A stretch of 64,000 bases of DNA from Basidiobolus meristosporus CBS 931.73 (Eukaryota; Fungi; Basidiobolomycota): NCBI GenBank assembly GCA_002104905.1, contig MCFE01000199.1, forward strand, positions 70,284 to 134,283. Direction: 5' to 3'. The notes beneath the pieces were generated by a model. It ran no database searches. It saw nothing but the letters and a program-made list of their open reading frames with translations, and had not been told where the DNA came from. The position numbers and the translations under genes are program-made. Shown here one piece after another: positions 13,501 to 25,920 of the stretch. Within the stretch, counting starts at the first letter, position 1. Every line of letters starts with the position of its first letter.

Positions 13501-14150
13501 GCAGACAATGGAGAATGTGGATCTTATGAAATACAAGCACTAGCAACAAAGCATGGAACCAAGCTTTTACATACTACACCATATCACCCACAAGCAAATT
13601 CACTAGTTGAACGTGGACATTCTGCTTTTGCAAACACATTAGCAAAGCTTAGCTATGAAGAACCAAACAAGTGGGCAAATAACTTTCATGCAGCAATTTG
13701 GGCTGATAGAGTTATGGTTAAAAGAAGTACAGGGTTTACACCATTTCCTTTAATATATGGACATGAAGTTGTTTTGCAAATAGACATATCTCTTGAAAAT
13801 TGGCTTACCCTCCCATGGAAACCAACCATGACAACATCAGAGCTATTGCTAGCAAGAGTACAACAGATTCAACAAGCGCACACTCTACACCAAAATGCAA
13901 CAGAAAACCTGAAGAAATCCAGAATGGCTGGCCAGGAGTACTTTGATGCTCAAAAATGCCTAAGAAAAACATTGTTAGAAGTAGGTGAGTTGATACTACT
14001 TCACAACACAAAAAGCCAAAGAAACAAGGCATCCAAGCTGGATATGTAATGGCAAGGTCCCTACAAGATCATACATGCAAATAAAAATGGATCTTACAAA
14101 CTAGCAGAACTTGACGGTACACCACTTGCACTGACACAACCTGGTGACAG
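10595..14150 (+). pseudogene. pol: Gypsy C pol (protease, RT, RNase H, integrase), broken by stops and frameshifts
   Basis: FDCGSEIN protease; LDLYSGYDQI and FLDGIAV RT; VDSSGIGVGG...EVDAKPL RNase H; IADNGE, TPYHPQANSLVERGH integrase. Confidence 0.92.
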
Positions 14151-14213
14151 ATGAAAGAAGTTCCATATCAGAAGTAAACATGAGGGCATTATTTCTCAAA
14201 GTTAGGGGAGACT

Positions 14214-15019
14214 TGTGGTATTGGAAAGTATTCCATTACTACAATATCTCTAAACTAATATTGCACTCATTTCTTTATTTTGCTTTTTGCTATTCTAACA
14301 CACAAGTGAAAGATTAAGAATTTCAAACTTTGAAGAACAAATGCTCCAGACCCTGACAAGCAATCCACCCAAGAATATTATGTCATACAGAACACGCAGT
14401 AGCCAATACATGTTTCAAATTGCAGCTCATTTGAAGTAGTACTTAAGGAGTTATGATCAAAAGAGTCCAATTATTATATATACTATGCCTTATTGCTAGG
14501 ATTACTATGGTGGCTTTGATTGCATGTAACTTTCGAACCAGCCAATCAAATCACGTGATATTTTTGCAGGTGCTGCGCCTATGTCTGATCTGTGCCACTG
14601 CAGAGTTTTAGCTTTGTATCACGTGTATTGCTTGCGCAATCACCCAAAAACTTTGATCCTTCAGATTTTTCATATATATAACTTTCCCAGCTGAAAAATA
14701 AAGAGGGAGTCTCTCTTTCCAGAATCTCCACACTACAATTACAAGTTTAAAGGTTATAGGACTTCCCCTGCATCACTTGCACTGTTGAGTATTCTGACTT
14801 TGATTGATACTAAATCAGTAAAGAGACTGCAAAGCTCACAAGAATCCAATCTAAGTTCTACAAGAAACTACCACTTTTCTGTTGGAAAAGTCCCCTCTAA
14901 GACACCCCTTTACTCTAAAGAAGCCCCTTTAGGCACCCCTTTAGTGTAAAGTCCACTTTAGAGACCACTACAAGAAGCCCCTTTACTCTAAAGACACCAC
15001 TTTAGACAACCCTTTAGGT
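14214..15019 (+). repeat. Gypsy C 3' LTR, 3'-truncated
   Basis: Matches 7433-~8240, after which CACTA-like sequence resumes. Confidence 0.8.
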
Positions 15020-15021
15020 CT

Positions 15022-15500
15022 AGAGACCCCAGAGAAATTTAATTGAAATGGCAAGTTTTCAAACAGTAGCTGCTGCCCTAAGTACTTCTCACAAGCTCCA
15101 ACCAATATTCATACATATATGCGACAATACAAATGCAACAACTGGATGAAATGAATATGTATTTATTGAAGTGGTATTCTGAAGCCAGTCCTACCAAGAG
15201 TACATTGGAAGCATTGGTAGTCATATGTGGACATTCTTGAAATATTTATCCAGAAGAGGATCACTAATGCCAACTTGATGCATCTACAGCTGTTTTGCAA
15301 GGAGTTTGTGATGGGATCTGAATGGCTATACTACAACATATAGCAGAATGCATAAATCTCTGATGCAACTGTATTCATTCTCTACTCCATCTTGCATGGT
15401 GTGTGGAGAATATTAGGCCTTGCTTCATCTTTGGGAATATCCTATGGAGCAGATGTGTGGGGAGATAAGAAGACAAGTCAAGTGGCAGGTACTACCATAT
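15022..15500 (+). pseudogene. CACTA/CMC-like copy 1 transposase, middle part
   Basis: Degenerate match to the LLHLAWCVENIGPC...PMEQMCGEIRRQVK (DUF4218-like) segment; ends at the insertion site of copy 2. Confidence 0.75.
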
Positions 15501-16199
15501 CCCTATGAAGAATTATTTGGTCCTGCAGGTGGATCTGATCCAGATCATCCGTCAAGATCCCATTTAGAGACCATCATAATAACAGCAGCTTGGAATTAGT
15601 GACCCTCATGACAATCTTATAACAAGATCATGACAGAGTTTTGCAAATTTTACAGCCAAATAAAGGGATTAAACTTGACAATTTTTGATTGGTGCTGTGA
15701 GAATATTTGCATAGTATTGTTGCAGTCTTTCAACGCTCTATTACTATTTTAAGTGGATCCAGTTGGCCAGAACTTCCAATTGCCTTATATGGCAAGAAAC
15801 TTGATGGTATTTTGACAGCCTCACAGCATGACTATGAGGGCTTTTTTTTGGCAGTATGATGGCCTGCCGCTGGTTCTGTTTAATGCTACCGTACTAACTT
15901 ACCAAATGGTATTTCCTTTTTCTACCTCCCCTTGTGCAATTCATTTACTCCACTGTAGAATCACCTTTCTTTATTTGCTACCCACTACTACCTTGGGTAT
16001 TCCACATATAGTTTGAATCAAAAAAAGCTATGGCCTCCTGCTTACTACCTCTACAAACGCGCACACCTGCCACAACTGACATACTTCTATCACCTCAGCT
16101 TTACAGCATTTTAGTGTGATACTTGCAAAGTTGCCATATACCTTGTACTGCTGGTAGCATATACATCTTTTAAATATATGCTTGGTTGCTGCCACTTCT

Positions 16200-18668
16200 G
16201 CCATGAATACCTCCTGAATATTGGCAAAGAACTTCTCAGTATTTAGCCAATATATTCCTTCTCCCTGCTGGATTCTACTCCCCCTTATAGGTGCATTCTG
16301 GTTTTTGTTTATGTGAATTCTCTATTGAATGGTGTAGAAGTTGGCTTGTGACCATGAAGAATTCAGCATATCTTGGTAGAGTTTCCTGATAAAAATCAGT
16401 TGCTTGTTGCACCCAACCCAACTTTGCATTACTTAGCTGATTACCTACGCATTGGGGCTGCTTAGCTTCTTAATGCCATAGGCATAGGTGTCTCCATGTG
16501 CACATTTGTCCTCAGTATTTTCCAACTCTTTCTGGCTGTCCTCCATGTGCCAACTCTTCATATCCATGACAGACTTAAAGGTAATATTCTTGATGAGATT
16601 GGGATATGGTAGTACCAGCAACTTGACTTGTCTTCCTATCTCCCCACACATCCGCTCCATAGGTAACTCCCAAAAGGTCAAGCAAGGCCCAATATTCTCC
16701 ACACACCATGCAAGATGGAGTAGAAAATGGATACAGTAGCAGCAGAGATCTATGCACTCAGCTTTATGTTTGTAGTAAAGCCACTCAAATCCTGTCACAA
16801 ACTCCTCACACAACAGCTGTAGATGTGTCAAGTTGGCATTGGTGATCTGCTTCTGCATAAATATTCCTACAATGTCCACATATGACTCCCACTGTTTCCA
16901 AAATACTCTTGGTAGGAATGGCTTCAGAACACCACTTGAATAAATACATATCCAGTTCATCCAATCTCTGCATTTGTATTGTCACATATGCGTATGAATA
17001 TTAATTGGAGCCTGTGAGAAGTACTAAGGGTTGCAGATACTCTGTAATATCTTGTCAATTTTTTCAAATTTATCTGGTATCTCAAAGGGTTCATTTAGCT
17101 TGAAATGCCCCATGTACAACTTGGTCATCAGTTAGGGATATTGTTGAAATGCAAATGCATTGATCCCAGTGGAATGCTTTTGCTCCAACAGATACCCTCT
17201 ATCTTACATATCTCTGGTTTCCAATTGATTCCATATTCCAGCCAATGGCTTATAGCTTGCCAACTTTGCTTCATTTGCATACTTACTTCTGTACATACTC
17301 TCTGTGGAGAGAGAATGTTCTTAGTGCTGGTGCTTGGGTGATAATAATGTGTGTGAGTTATGGAGTAAATCCCCTGGATCTCACGCATTCAACAGCAATA
17401 CTGTCCATTGTGCCCAGAAAAACCTGCTATCTTGCTGATGGCTGGGGTATCTCCAATGCAGATAATAATATGCGCTTTTACATGATGGTCATATACCATT
17501 ATCCTGCTGGAAAGCATACAAAATTCATCCAGCAATGGATACAGGTAGCTATCCAGGTTGGACAGTGATTTAGGCCCAGATAGCAGTGAGACTACCATCA
17601 GATTATTGCTCTGATACTGTAAGATAGGCAAAGATTTGGATCAATGAGAATCACTGGCTAGCAGGATTTGCTGGCAGAGTACTTGTTTAATGAGAATCCA
17701 TCAAGTGCTAAAGCAAAGGCATGGTCCTACATACATTCAAAGTAGCCCTTGCTTTGTAGCTGTTTGTAATGATTGCCATCAAATATATTGGATATGCTTG
17801 CACTTGACTGATACTGAGCACAGTACTGTATTGCTTTGCAATATTTGTTGGACTGCATCAGCTTCCTCAGACAGGGTATGACCAGAATATATCCAGAGTG
17901 TGAACAATGTTTTCTCTCAATGGTGGTGGACTTCTGACAATTTTGACACATTGCAATGGTAGAATTTAGGGCTAAGATGTGAATGCCATGCAACTGTTAA
18001 AACATGCTGGAATCAGGACAGTCTCTGGATCATATGTTGCCAGCTGCATGACAGCTGTCCACTTGTACCATGTACATGGTAAGTTGCATCCTGGTATGAT
18101 TTTGGCAAGAAGTAGTAATAAATCCTCAAAGCCCCCATTACTAATATTAGTGGAAATGCACCACTTCTCAAGCCACAACATTACATCATTCACCGTAGAT
18201 GAATTACTGAGCTTACTTGGCTCCATAAAGTATCCTTGGTACTTGTTTCAATGGGTGTTGTCTCATTGCATGTAGGGATTTGACCAGGCTCATAAGTGGT
18301 ACTGTTGTTAGGGGAGATAGGCTCAAAATCATCAGTGAACCTTCTTCATCAGAGCTATCACTCTGCATGCCATATTCAGAGGACTGAGGTTAGCCTAAAG
18401 GCATCACAAACTCACCTGACTCAGTTTGCTCAAGGTGACAAAGACAGCCAGGTGCTAATATAGAAGTATCAACTGGCTAGCAAGATAATGTTGGTACAGT
18501 AGTGACCAATGAATGGTCAAATATGACTTGGGTGGCACAACACTGGCCGTGATCCTTGTAATACTTCCTATGCTGTCTACATGCTTCATGGCTGAGAGGC
18601 TTGCCACAATAGCCACATGGTCTTTTTTCTCTTCTCTTATGGCATTGAGTCAAAGTAGTCTTGTCCAT
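16200..18668 (-). pseudogene. Copy 2 Tnp2-type transposase, multiple stops (3' boundary approximate)
   Basis: ORF pieces 18477-18668, 17972-18226, 17727-17993, 17389-17631 (NNLMVVSLLSGP..IGDTPAISKIAGFSGHNG), 17128-17388 and 16445-16960 (IHFLLHLAWCVENIGP..WELPMERMCG). Confidence 0.85.
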
Positions 18669-18890
18669 GGGGCAAACAGTTTGACCTTCAACAACATAAT
18701 GCTATTTTATCACTTTTTGATCAATACTCATGTGAACTTAAGACAGTCTTGTACTTGAGACATTGCAACTACATGAATGTAAGATTCAATAATGACCTGC
18801 CATAGTAAGCATTATAAATAAAGTTGTGGGACCACATACACATGTATATGTAACACTATTTCCCCTTTGGTGTGACTCACTTCCATATAT

Positions 18891-20192
18891 ATGCTGCCAA
18901 AAAATAAAGCAAAGTTGTCTGATTCTCAGCCAAAACCCACCACTGATGGCAACAGAAGAACAATTGGACAACAGCTTGCTTTGATATTCAGTGCAACAAG
19001 CAGGGCTACATCCAAAAAAGGCCCTGTGGACAGTGTGCCCAATGAAGGTAGTAATGCGGACTCCACAGGCTCCCAGTCAAGTAGGCAATTGAGAGCCTCT
19101 GTGGAACCACAAGCTGACCTTTATGCTCAGGCAGATGAGAATATAGCCAATGCAGTACCCTTAGTTGAAGATCAGCAAGTGGCTGCTATGGCATCACCAT
19201 CCCCCATAATAGCAAGTATGTTGTCAGCTCATACCAAAGCATTAATGAAGCAATTAGGTGCAGTGGCTGATAGAATAGATGCAATGGCCCAGAGAAATCA
19301 GGAAGTAGTCCAGAAACAGGATGAGTGGATAATATGTGTAGAGCAATCAATATCCCAGGTAGAGAAAGCAGTAGACTTGTTCCATCATTCCAAAAATCAA
19401 AAGACATTGAAGATCCATGAAGCTGTTGAATGCAATAATGAAGAGTGGGCTAATATACAAGAGGCTGTCAGAAGTCTAGCATGCCATCCCCTTAAGGCCA
19501 GCATACTATGGGACCATCAGGAACTCAAGGCCAAGAAGAGTGCACTTGACTTGTTCCATGAGCATTATCCTGGATTTAAATGGGCAAACAGATTTTGGGC
19601 CAGCATTAGTATGCTAAGAGAGTATCATAAGAATATCAGAAACTATCAAGGACAGAAGAACAATGGTGCCATGGCTAAAAACCAGCGGCTTCCTCAAGAG
19701 CCTGTTACAAGCAGGGCCAAAAGCTCCAGACAAGCATCAAAGAGATGTCAGGCACCTGGAAGAGTGCCAATTAAGGACAAGCAGGCACACATGGATGCAC
19801 CAGCACAACATTTATCAAGGAAAAGCGTAGTACCACTCAAGAAGCACCCAGTCAAATTAGCAGTGAAGGACCTGGCAATGATAGAAACCAGCCACTTTTA
19901 CAGGATCCTATCACAACTATGGTTGAGAGCTCAAAACAAGCTGAAAGAAACATCAGGTTGCCAGAAGAGTGCCAGCAAGGAACAAGCAGGCCAAAATAGA
20001 TGTGACAGAGAAGTTTTATCCAGGAGAAAGCGTAGTTCTTTACAAGAAGCACTCAGACAAAGTAGCAGTGAAAGACCTGGCAGTTATAAAGGAAAAGTTA
20101 AAGGGAAAAATGTCTGCCCAAGCCTGAGACAAGGAGGCATACAAAAAACTGCAGTTCTTGCCAATCAATGCCACAAGCCAGGAACAGACTGA
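18891..20192 (+). CDS. Copy 2 accessory ORF2 (433 aa open; probably ~630 codons to 20778 originally), divergent from the transposase; function unknown
   Basis: Long ORF with a predicted coiled coil (LGAVADRIDAMAQRNQEVVQKQ) and a W-rich block (WDHQELK..FHEHYPGFKWANRFWAS). Homologues at 5157-5453, 38430-42230 and 55838-57518. Confidence 0.65.
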   Translation: MLPKNKAKLSDSQPKPTTDGNRRTIGQQLALIFSATSRATSKKGPVDSVPNEGSNADSTGSQSSRQLRASVEPQADLYAQADENIANAVPLVEDQQVAAMASPSPIIASMLSAHTKALMKQLGAVADRIDAMAQRNQEVVQKQDEWIICVEQSISQVEKAVDLFHHSKNQKTLKIHEAVECNNEEWANIQEAVRSLACHPLKASILWDHQELKAKKSALDLFHEHYPGFKWANRFWASISMLREYHKNIRNYQGQKNNGAMAKNQRLPQEPVTSRAKSSRQASKRCQAPGRVPIKDKQAHMDAPAQHLSRKSVVPLKKHPVKLAVKDLAMIETSHFYRILSQLWLRAQNKLKETSGCQKSASKEQAGQNRCDREVLSRRKRSSLQEALRQSSSERPGSYKGKVKGKNVCPSLRQGGIQKTAVLANQCHKPGTD

Positions 20193-21109
20193 ATCCCATC
20201 ATAGCCAAGAAGAATTATCAACAAGAAAACAGCTGCTTTTGCAAGAGTTGGAAGTACATCCAGTTGAGCTACACTCCAGCAAGGTAAATGAGTTTGCTGA
20301 AAAAGGCAATATGTCTACCACAGCCTGCATTGCTGACAGAGTGGAGTTCCCCCTGACAGACAATGCTACAATGTCAGGAGCTCAGAAGACTATCACAATG
20401 CCTTCAGTAGAGTTTTGGAACATTAATAGGCACACCAAGGGGTTGCAGCACTTCTTCAAGAGCAGTGCTCAAAAGAACGCACTGGAATATTGCAAGGACT
20501 TATTGCAAATACTGGCAGATGAGGAGCTAGACCTTGCAGTGCTGGCTGAAGACCAGGACATGTGGTAACCAGTGAATGAACAGTGGCATAAAGCCATTGG
20601 GTTCCGGCCAAAGTTGTGGAACCAGAGCGTTACAGCAGAAATACTCATTGAATGGTGGATTTTAATGGAGTTACTTGCTGAGTGTGGGGTTGGGCTTAGT
20701 TTTAGTGTAGGGTATAGAGACTTGTATAGGTCAATACAATTGGCAATTGAGGTACAACTGAAGCTTCAATGGAAATAAATCAATTTGTACACATGAAAAG
20801 TAAGAGAAACGGTTGAGTCAGGAGGTAAGGAGTGTGAAAAAGAGGCAATAGCCAATCAATTCACACAAACATAGGAGGCAATAGAGTGTCCAGGATCAGA
20901 AAGTGAGCTAATTGGCAGGGAACCACTCAAAAGCCACTTATACATCATTGTGATGAAAAATTTTGACAAAGTTTTTTGTGAAATCTGGGGTGCATTGATT
21001 TTTCAACGGTCTCTGGATGGTGTCCTGACAAGATCAGTACCTGTTAGTCATGGGACATTAACTTTGTGACGGCCTTTTGACAGGATCATCTCAATAATTT
21101 TTCATAGGG

Positions 21110-22217
21110 TATCCCAATCTCATCAAGAATATTACCTTCAAGTCTGTCATGGATGTGATGAGTGAGCACATGGAGGACAACCAGGCAGAGTTGGAAAATA
21201 CTGAGGACAGATGGGCACTTGGAGACACCTATGCCTATGGCATTAAGAAGCTAAGCAGGCCCAATGCATGAGTACTCAGTTAAGTAATGCAAAGTTGGGT
21301 TGGGTGCAACAAGCCACTAATTTTTTATTAGGGAAACTTTATCAAGGTATGCCAGATTTCTCTTGGTTGGAGTTCAACTTCTACACCATTCAATATAGAA
21401 CACACTCAAACAAGAGCCAGAGTGCACCTATAAGGGAGACTAGAATCTAGCAGAGAGAAGGAATATATTGGCTAAATACTGAGAAGTTCTTTGCCAATAT
21501 TCAGGAGGTATTCATAGAAGAAGTGGCAGCAGCCAAGTATATGTTTACAATATGTATATGTTACCAGCAGTACAAGGTATATGGCAACTTTGCAAGTATC
21601 ACACTAAAAAGCTGCAAAGTTGAGCTGATAAAAGTATGTCAATTGCAGCAGGTGTGAATGTTTGTAGAGGTTAGTAAGCAGAAGGCCATAATTTTTTTTA
21701 TTCAGACTTTATGTAGAATACCCAAGGTGGTAGTGGGTGAGCAAATAAAGAGGGGTGATTCTACAGTGGAATATATGAATTGCACAAAGGGAGGTAAAAA
21801 AGGAAATACCGTTTGATAAATTGGTACAGTAGCATTATACAGAAACAGCTGGAGGCTGCCACACTGCTAATATAATACCATCAGATTTGTGCCATTAGGC
21901 TGCTGAAATACCATCAAGTTTCTTGCCATATAAGTCAATAAGATGTCCTGGCCAGTTGGATGCATTTAATATAGTTGTAGAGCACAATAAGACCACAACA
22001 ATAACATGCAATCAATGTCACATCACCAATCAAATCTTGTAAAGCTTTATCACATTATCTGGTAGCAATATTAGCAAAACACTGTTGTGATCCTGTCACA
22101 TAATCTTTAATAGGGTCACTGATTCCAAGCTGCTTATATTACAATGGTCTCTTAGCAGAATCCTGATGGCTGATCCGGATTGTATCCACCCACAGGACCA
22201 TATTACTTTTCATAGGG
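21110..22217 (+). mobile_element. CACTA/CMC-like copy 1, 3' part and right terminus
   Basis: Continues the transposase after the copy 2 TSD; ends TTACTTTTCATAGGG at 22217. Confidence 0.8.
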
Positions 22218-23341
22218 CCACAGCATCAAGTGTTTTATTGGCACCCATGCTAACCTTTTAAATTGAAATTTCTTGATATTGGGTAAAAAGCTCTTTTGGG
22301 TATGTAAGGTGTTGAAATGCTCCAGAGCTAATATAGCACATCTGTGAAACCTTGTTTGTGGTCATATTTAGTGCAGATATAAATAGTCAATCTTTGGTTG
22401 TTGCGGCATTTCTGAACTCAGGCATTTTCTCCTGACTATCTCTCTTTTTCAAGCATTGGTCTGATGTGTGTCATTTCCTTTTGCAGCGGTTGGTAAACAG
22501 CTTGCTATTGTCTTTAAATGATATTGGGTATATCATTTGTTGGCTATCATTGCATATTAAAGCTTTTGTGCTTCCTTCCTATTGATGCTTGATTTCCTTA
22601 ACTCTTCATCCAGGAGCCTTCTACATAAATAATTTAAGGTCAAATCTTCAGTTCCAAGCTGCAGGGCTGATAGAAGTCCCTGAAGCCTGCTTGCCAGGCT
22701 AGCCAGGAGGGCAGCTAGCACATCCTCATCAGAGGCTGGTATGCCCACAAATTTCATTTCAGCAAACTGTGTGGCTATTCTTCAAATTAGATTTTTCTTT
22801 TTTGCTCCTGGCAGCATTTTTTGTGTAAAGTATTTTTGCCCAAGATACACTCTCTTTGGAGCTGAGTGTACCTTCCACACTTGGTAATTAGATCCATCCA
22901 GCTTTTCAGCAGAGGGAAAAGTACCAGTAATAGCAGTAGTAGCCATTGTAGAGTGTGACAGCTTGAGGTTCACAACCTGTTGTAAGAATCTTGGAGATTA
23001 TGGAAGTAATTTGGAAAACAAGAAGATTATGTGGTTTTCACTGAATGATTTATTGAATGCAATAGTAATATTTGTAATTTTACATGGTCCTGTCGTAGTA
23101 TACACTTAGTATAGACTTATTAAGGCTCTAAGAACATATGTACAATGTCTGGGGCTATCTGGACAACATTGAGAATTCTCATGTTCTGGCTACCTGATAT
23201 ATTGGTGAGAATATTCCAAGTAAATACCAGTAAGGAATTTGTTTAGTATTCTTGATGATTTGTAGGTGATGAGCTTAGCAATTAGGTTAGGCTAGTAATG
23301 GGAGGAACTGCTATCTTTCAAATCAGTACTAATCAAGAACA
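22218..23341 (-). mobile_element. Copia family B fragment: 5' LTR (22978-~23341), PBS, gag and protease remnant
   Basis: gag EKLDGSNYQVWKV and SDEDVLAALLASL..LTLNYLCRRLLDEE; protease remnant YISSGAFQHLTY..VSMGANKTL; copia-type PBS GGTTGTGAACC next to the LTR. Confidence 0.75.
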
Positions 23342-23349
23342 AAAAAATT

Positions 23350-24022
23350 ACTTTATACTTGATGGTAAGCATTGCACATAACTAATTAGCAAGGGCTACT
23401 TTGAAGTTATTGATAGCCATGTTTTTGCCTTGGTACTTGATGGATTCTCATTAAGCAGGTACTGTATTAGCAATTTCTGCTAGCCACTGATTTTAATCAA
23501 CCAGAATCTGCTGTTAATCTTACCATATCAAAGCAAAAGTGTGAGTGTATTCTCACAAATATCTGGCCCAAATCATTATCCAGCCTGGATACCTACCTGT
23601 ATTCATTACTTGATGAGTTTAGCATGCTATTTTGTAACGTACTAATAAATGGCTGTCATACCAATATGCATATTATTATCAATATTTGTGATACCCTAGC
23701 CATCAGCAAGCCAGCTGATTTTTCTGGGCACAATAGATGGTATTGCCGTAAATGTGTGAGATCCAGAATATTTACTTCATAATTCATACACATTATTTTA
23801 GCCAAGCACACACACTAAATATATCCCCTTCCCATGGAGAAAACACAAAGAAGTCAGCATGCACTTGCAGCAAAGCTGGAAAGCTATAAGCTACTGGCCA
23901 GAATATGGAATTATTACCAAACCAGATATAATTAAGATAGAGGGACTCTATTGGAGAAAAGGCTCCCTACTAGGAGCAGTGAGTCTGCGCTTCAAAGATA
24001 TTCCTATACCAATACCTAGCGG
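23350..24022 (+). pseudogene. CACTA/CMC-like copy 3 transposase fragment
   Basis: Degenerate homologue of the transposase core at 6860-7430 and 46720-47400. Confidence 0.7.
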
Positions 24023-25140
24023 TGTGGTGGTGTATAAGTCCAAAGGGCAAAATACGGCCAACACTTCTCAAGTGTGAATGTGTGTGGGGTGTTCACTGGG
24101 TGCGATAACCTCTGGCAAAAGCTTGCTAGGAATACTGGGTCTTTTATCTAATCTAATGTGATGGGGGATAAAGCCTCAAGCTTGTCAAGGGAAAACTATT
24201 GAACTACAATCCCCAACTTAGTTGGCGTCTTAACAAAAGTTTATAATGGCTTCGACGTCCTTTGAGATGACAATGTACTAAAGCTTCCAAAGTCAAAACA
24301 ACTGTAAACTCCACCAACAGGGACTTGATAAGAATGCAGCTTTGACCAATAGTTACAAAGACTGAAAAGTATCTTTGCCTGTACAAGAACAAACTTGGGA
24401 AAACAAACAATATAATAAAATATACCTACTCTGAGTATTCCTCACAAGTAGTGCCTCCAAGGTCAGTTGGCTGTCAGCGCGGTTTCCTGGGAGTATCGTC
24501 AGGTCTGAGTCAGAAAATAGTGGTAATAGGTAGCGGTGATCTCACTAATCAATAAGTTGGAATATTGGAAGAGGGATGATTTATTTTAAGGGATAGCCTC
24601 CCTTATATACTTTTTTGCTGCTCAATTTCTTGCTAGAAAATACTTTCCGGAAGTTTCCAGAAGGTAGTAGACAACCAATCATGTCTTTGTGTACTAAAAA
24701 TAGCGCAAATTCTTGGCGGATTGTTCCATGAGACATAGTAGCACCTAGCCAATCAGGTAGTGGTAACATGAAACCTCTGTGTCATGTGGTTGCCTCTTAT
24801 GGTAGTGAGATGGGGGGATTATGAAACCAAGATGGTCACGTGACATGGGCACTGTTGGGGTACTTGCCTTATAAGGTAACTCTCTTATCTTGGCATCTCG
24901 GCAAGGAATAAGAATAGCTTGTGCAATGGGTTAATAGTGACAAATAGTTTGTCAGGTTGCATAGTAATAATCACATAGACAAAAATAGGAAATATTGCAA
25001 ATTTGGGATGATAATAATATAGGCGGGGTAAGCCTTTTTAGGGAAGTGAACGCATAAGAATGAGCACATCTGCCTGTGGGTGTCACCGTGACCCCACTAC
25101 ATCCACCCCCCTCTCAGCTTTGAACTCAGGTCAAAGCAAA

Positions 25141-25818
25141 CTAAATGTGATGTGCGAAATTCCGGTGCTTGAATAGCTTAAGTCGGTTTCCTGCCACAGG
25201 TGCTCTTAGCGGTGTTCCATCAAGTTCAGACAGGTAGTAGCTTCCATTTCCAATCACCTTAGAGACAATATATGGGCCAGACCACTTATTGTCAAATTTG
25301 CGGCTCCACTGCTTGTCTAAAGTGGAATCATAGAGCAGTACTGGATCTCCTTGCAGTAATGGCTTTGGTCTAAGGCTATGTGACTTGTCAAATGGTTCCT
25401 TGTTCTGAAGTCTTGTCTCTTTGAGTTTAGCAGCTGCTTGGGTAATATCAAGTTCATGGTGATCAAGCTGTTTGATGCGTGTAGTCAGTAGTTCTTCTGT
25501 ACTCATTGTAGTTCTCCACTCTAGCATGTTCCAGGATATTGAGTCAAGCTCTATGGGAAGAACGCAATCATGTCCGTAAAGCAATTTGAATGGAGATAGA
25601 CCTGTGCTGCGCTTTGTAGTGATTCTATCTGCCCAGAGTGCTAGATGAAGTTGTGTAGGCCACTGTAGTGTCATGTTGTTGCAGCTCTTGACCAGGGAGT
25701 TAACTAACGGGCCATGGCCTCTTTCAACCATTCCATTGGCCTGTGGGTGATAAGCGGTAGTGAAAGCAATATGAATCTTGTATTGTGAGCAGAGTTCCTG
25801 GATCAAATTTGAGGTCAT
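25141..25818 (-). CDS. pol: Integrase C-terminal half, in frame after the TGA at 25921-25923
   Basis: TAYHPQANGMVERGHG; GDPVLL..WSGPY (GPY/F); no chromodomain before the PPT. Confidence 0.85.
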   Translation of the reverse strand: MTSNLIQELCSQYKIHIAFTTAYHPQANGMVERGHGPLVNSLVKSCNNMTLQWPTQLHLALWADRITTKRSTGLSPFKLLYGHDCVLPIELDSISWNMLEWRTTMSTEELLTTRIKQLDHHELDITQAAAKLKETRLQNKEPFDKSHSLRPKPLLQGDPVLLYDSTLDKQWSRKFDNKWSGPYIVSKVIGNGSYYLSELDGTPLRAPVAGNRLKLFKHRNFAHHI

Positions 25819-25920
25819 TTCTCCTCGGTCAGCAACAAACTGGCTGATGCAGCCAAATCTGCATATTATATCTTCAAGAATAAATCTCCATATGGTGTGG
25901 CTTTTGTTATTGGGTAGGGC

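Larger units (their letters stand above)
7433..15019 (+). mobile_element. Gypsy family C element; 5' LTR complete, 3' LTR truncated
   Basis: LTR copies start TGTGGTA at 7433 and 14214; PBS after 8573; polypurine tract AGTTAGGGGAGAC before 14214; gag-PR-RT-RH-IN order. Confidence 0.92.
15501..21109 (-). mobile_element. Complete CACTA/CMC-like DNA transposon copy 2 (5609 bp) with TIRs and 3-bp TSD TAT
   Basis: Left end CCCTATGAAGAATTATT; right end AATAATTTTTCATAGGG; TAT at 15498-15500 and 21110-21112. Removing it rejoins the copy 1 transposase (CTACCA-TAT-CCCAATCTC). Confidence 0.9.
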
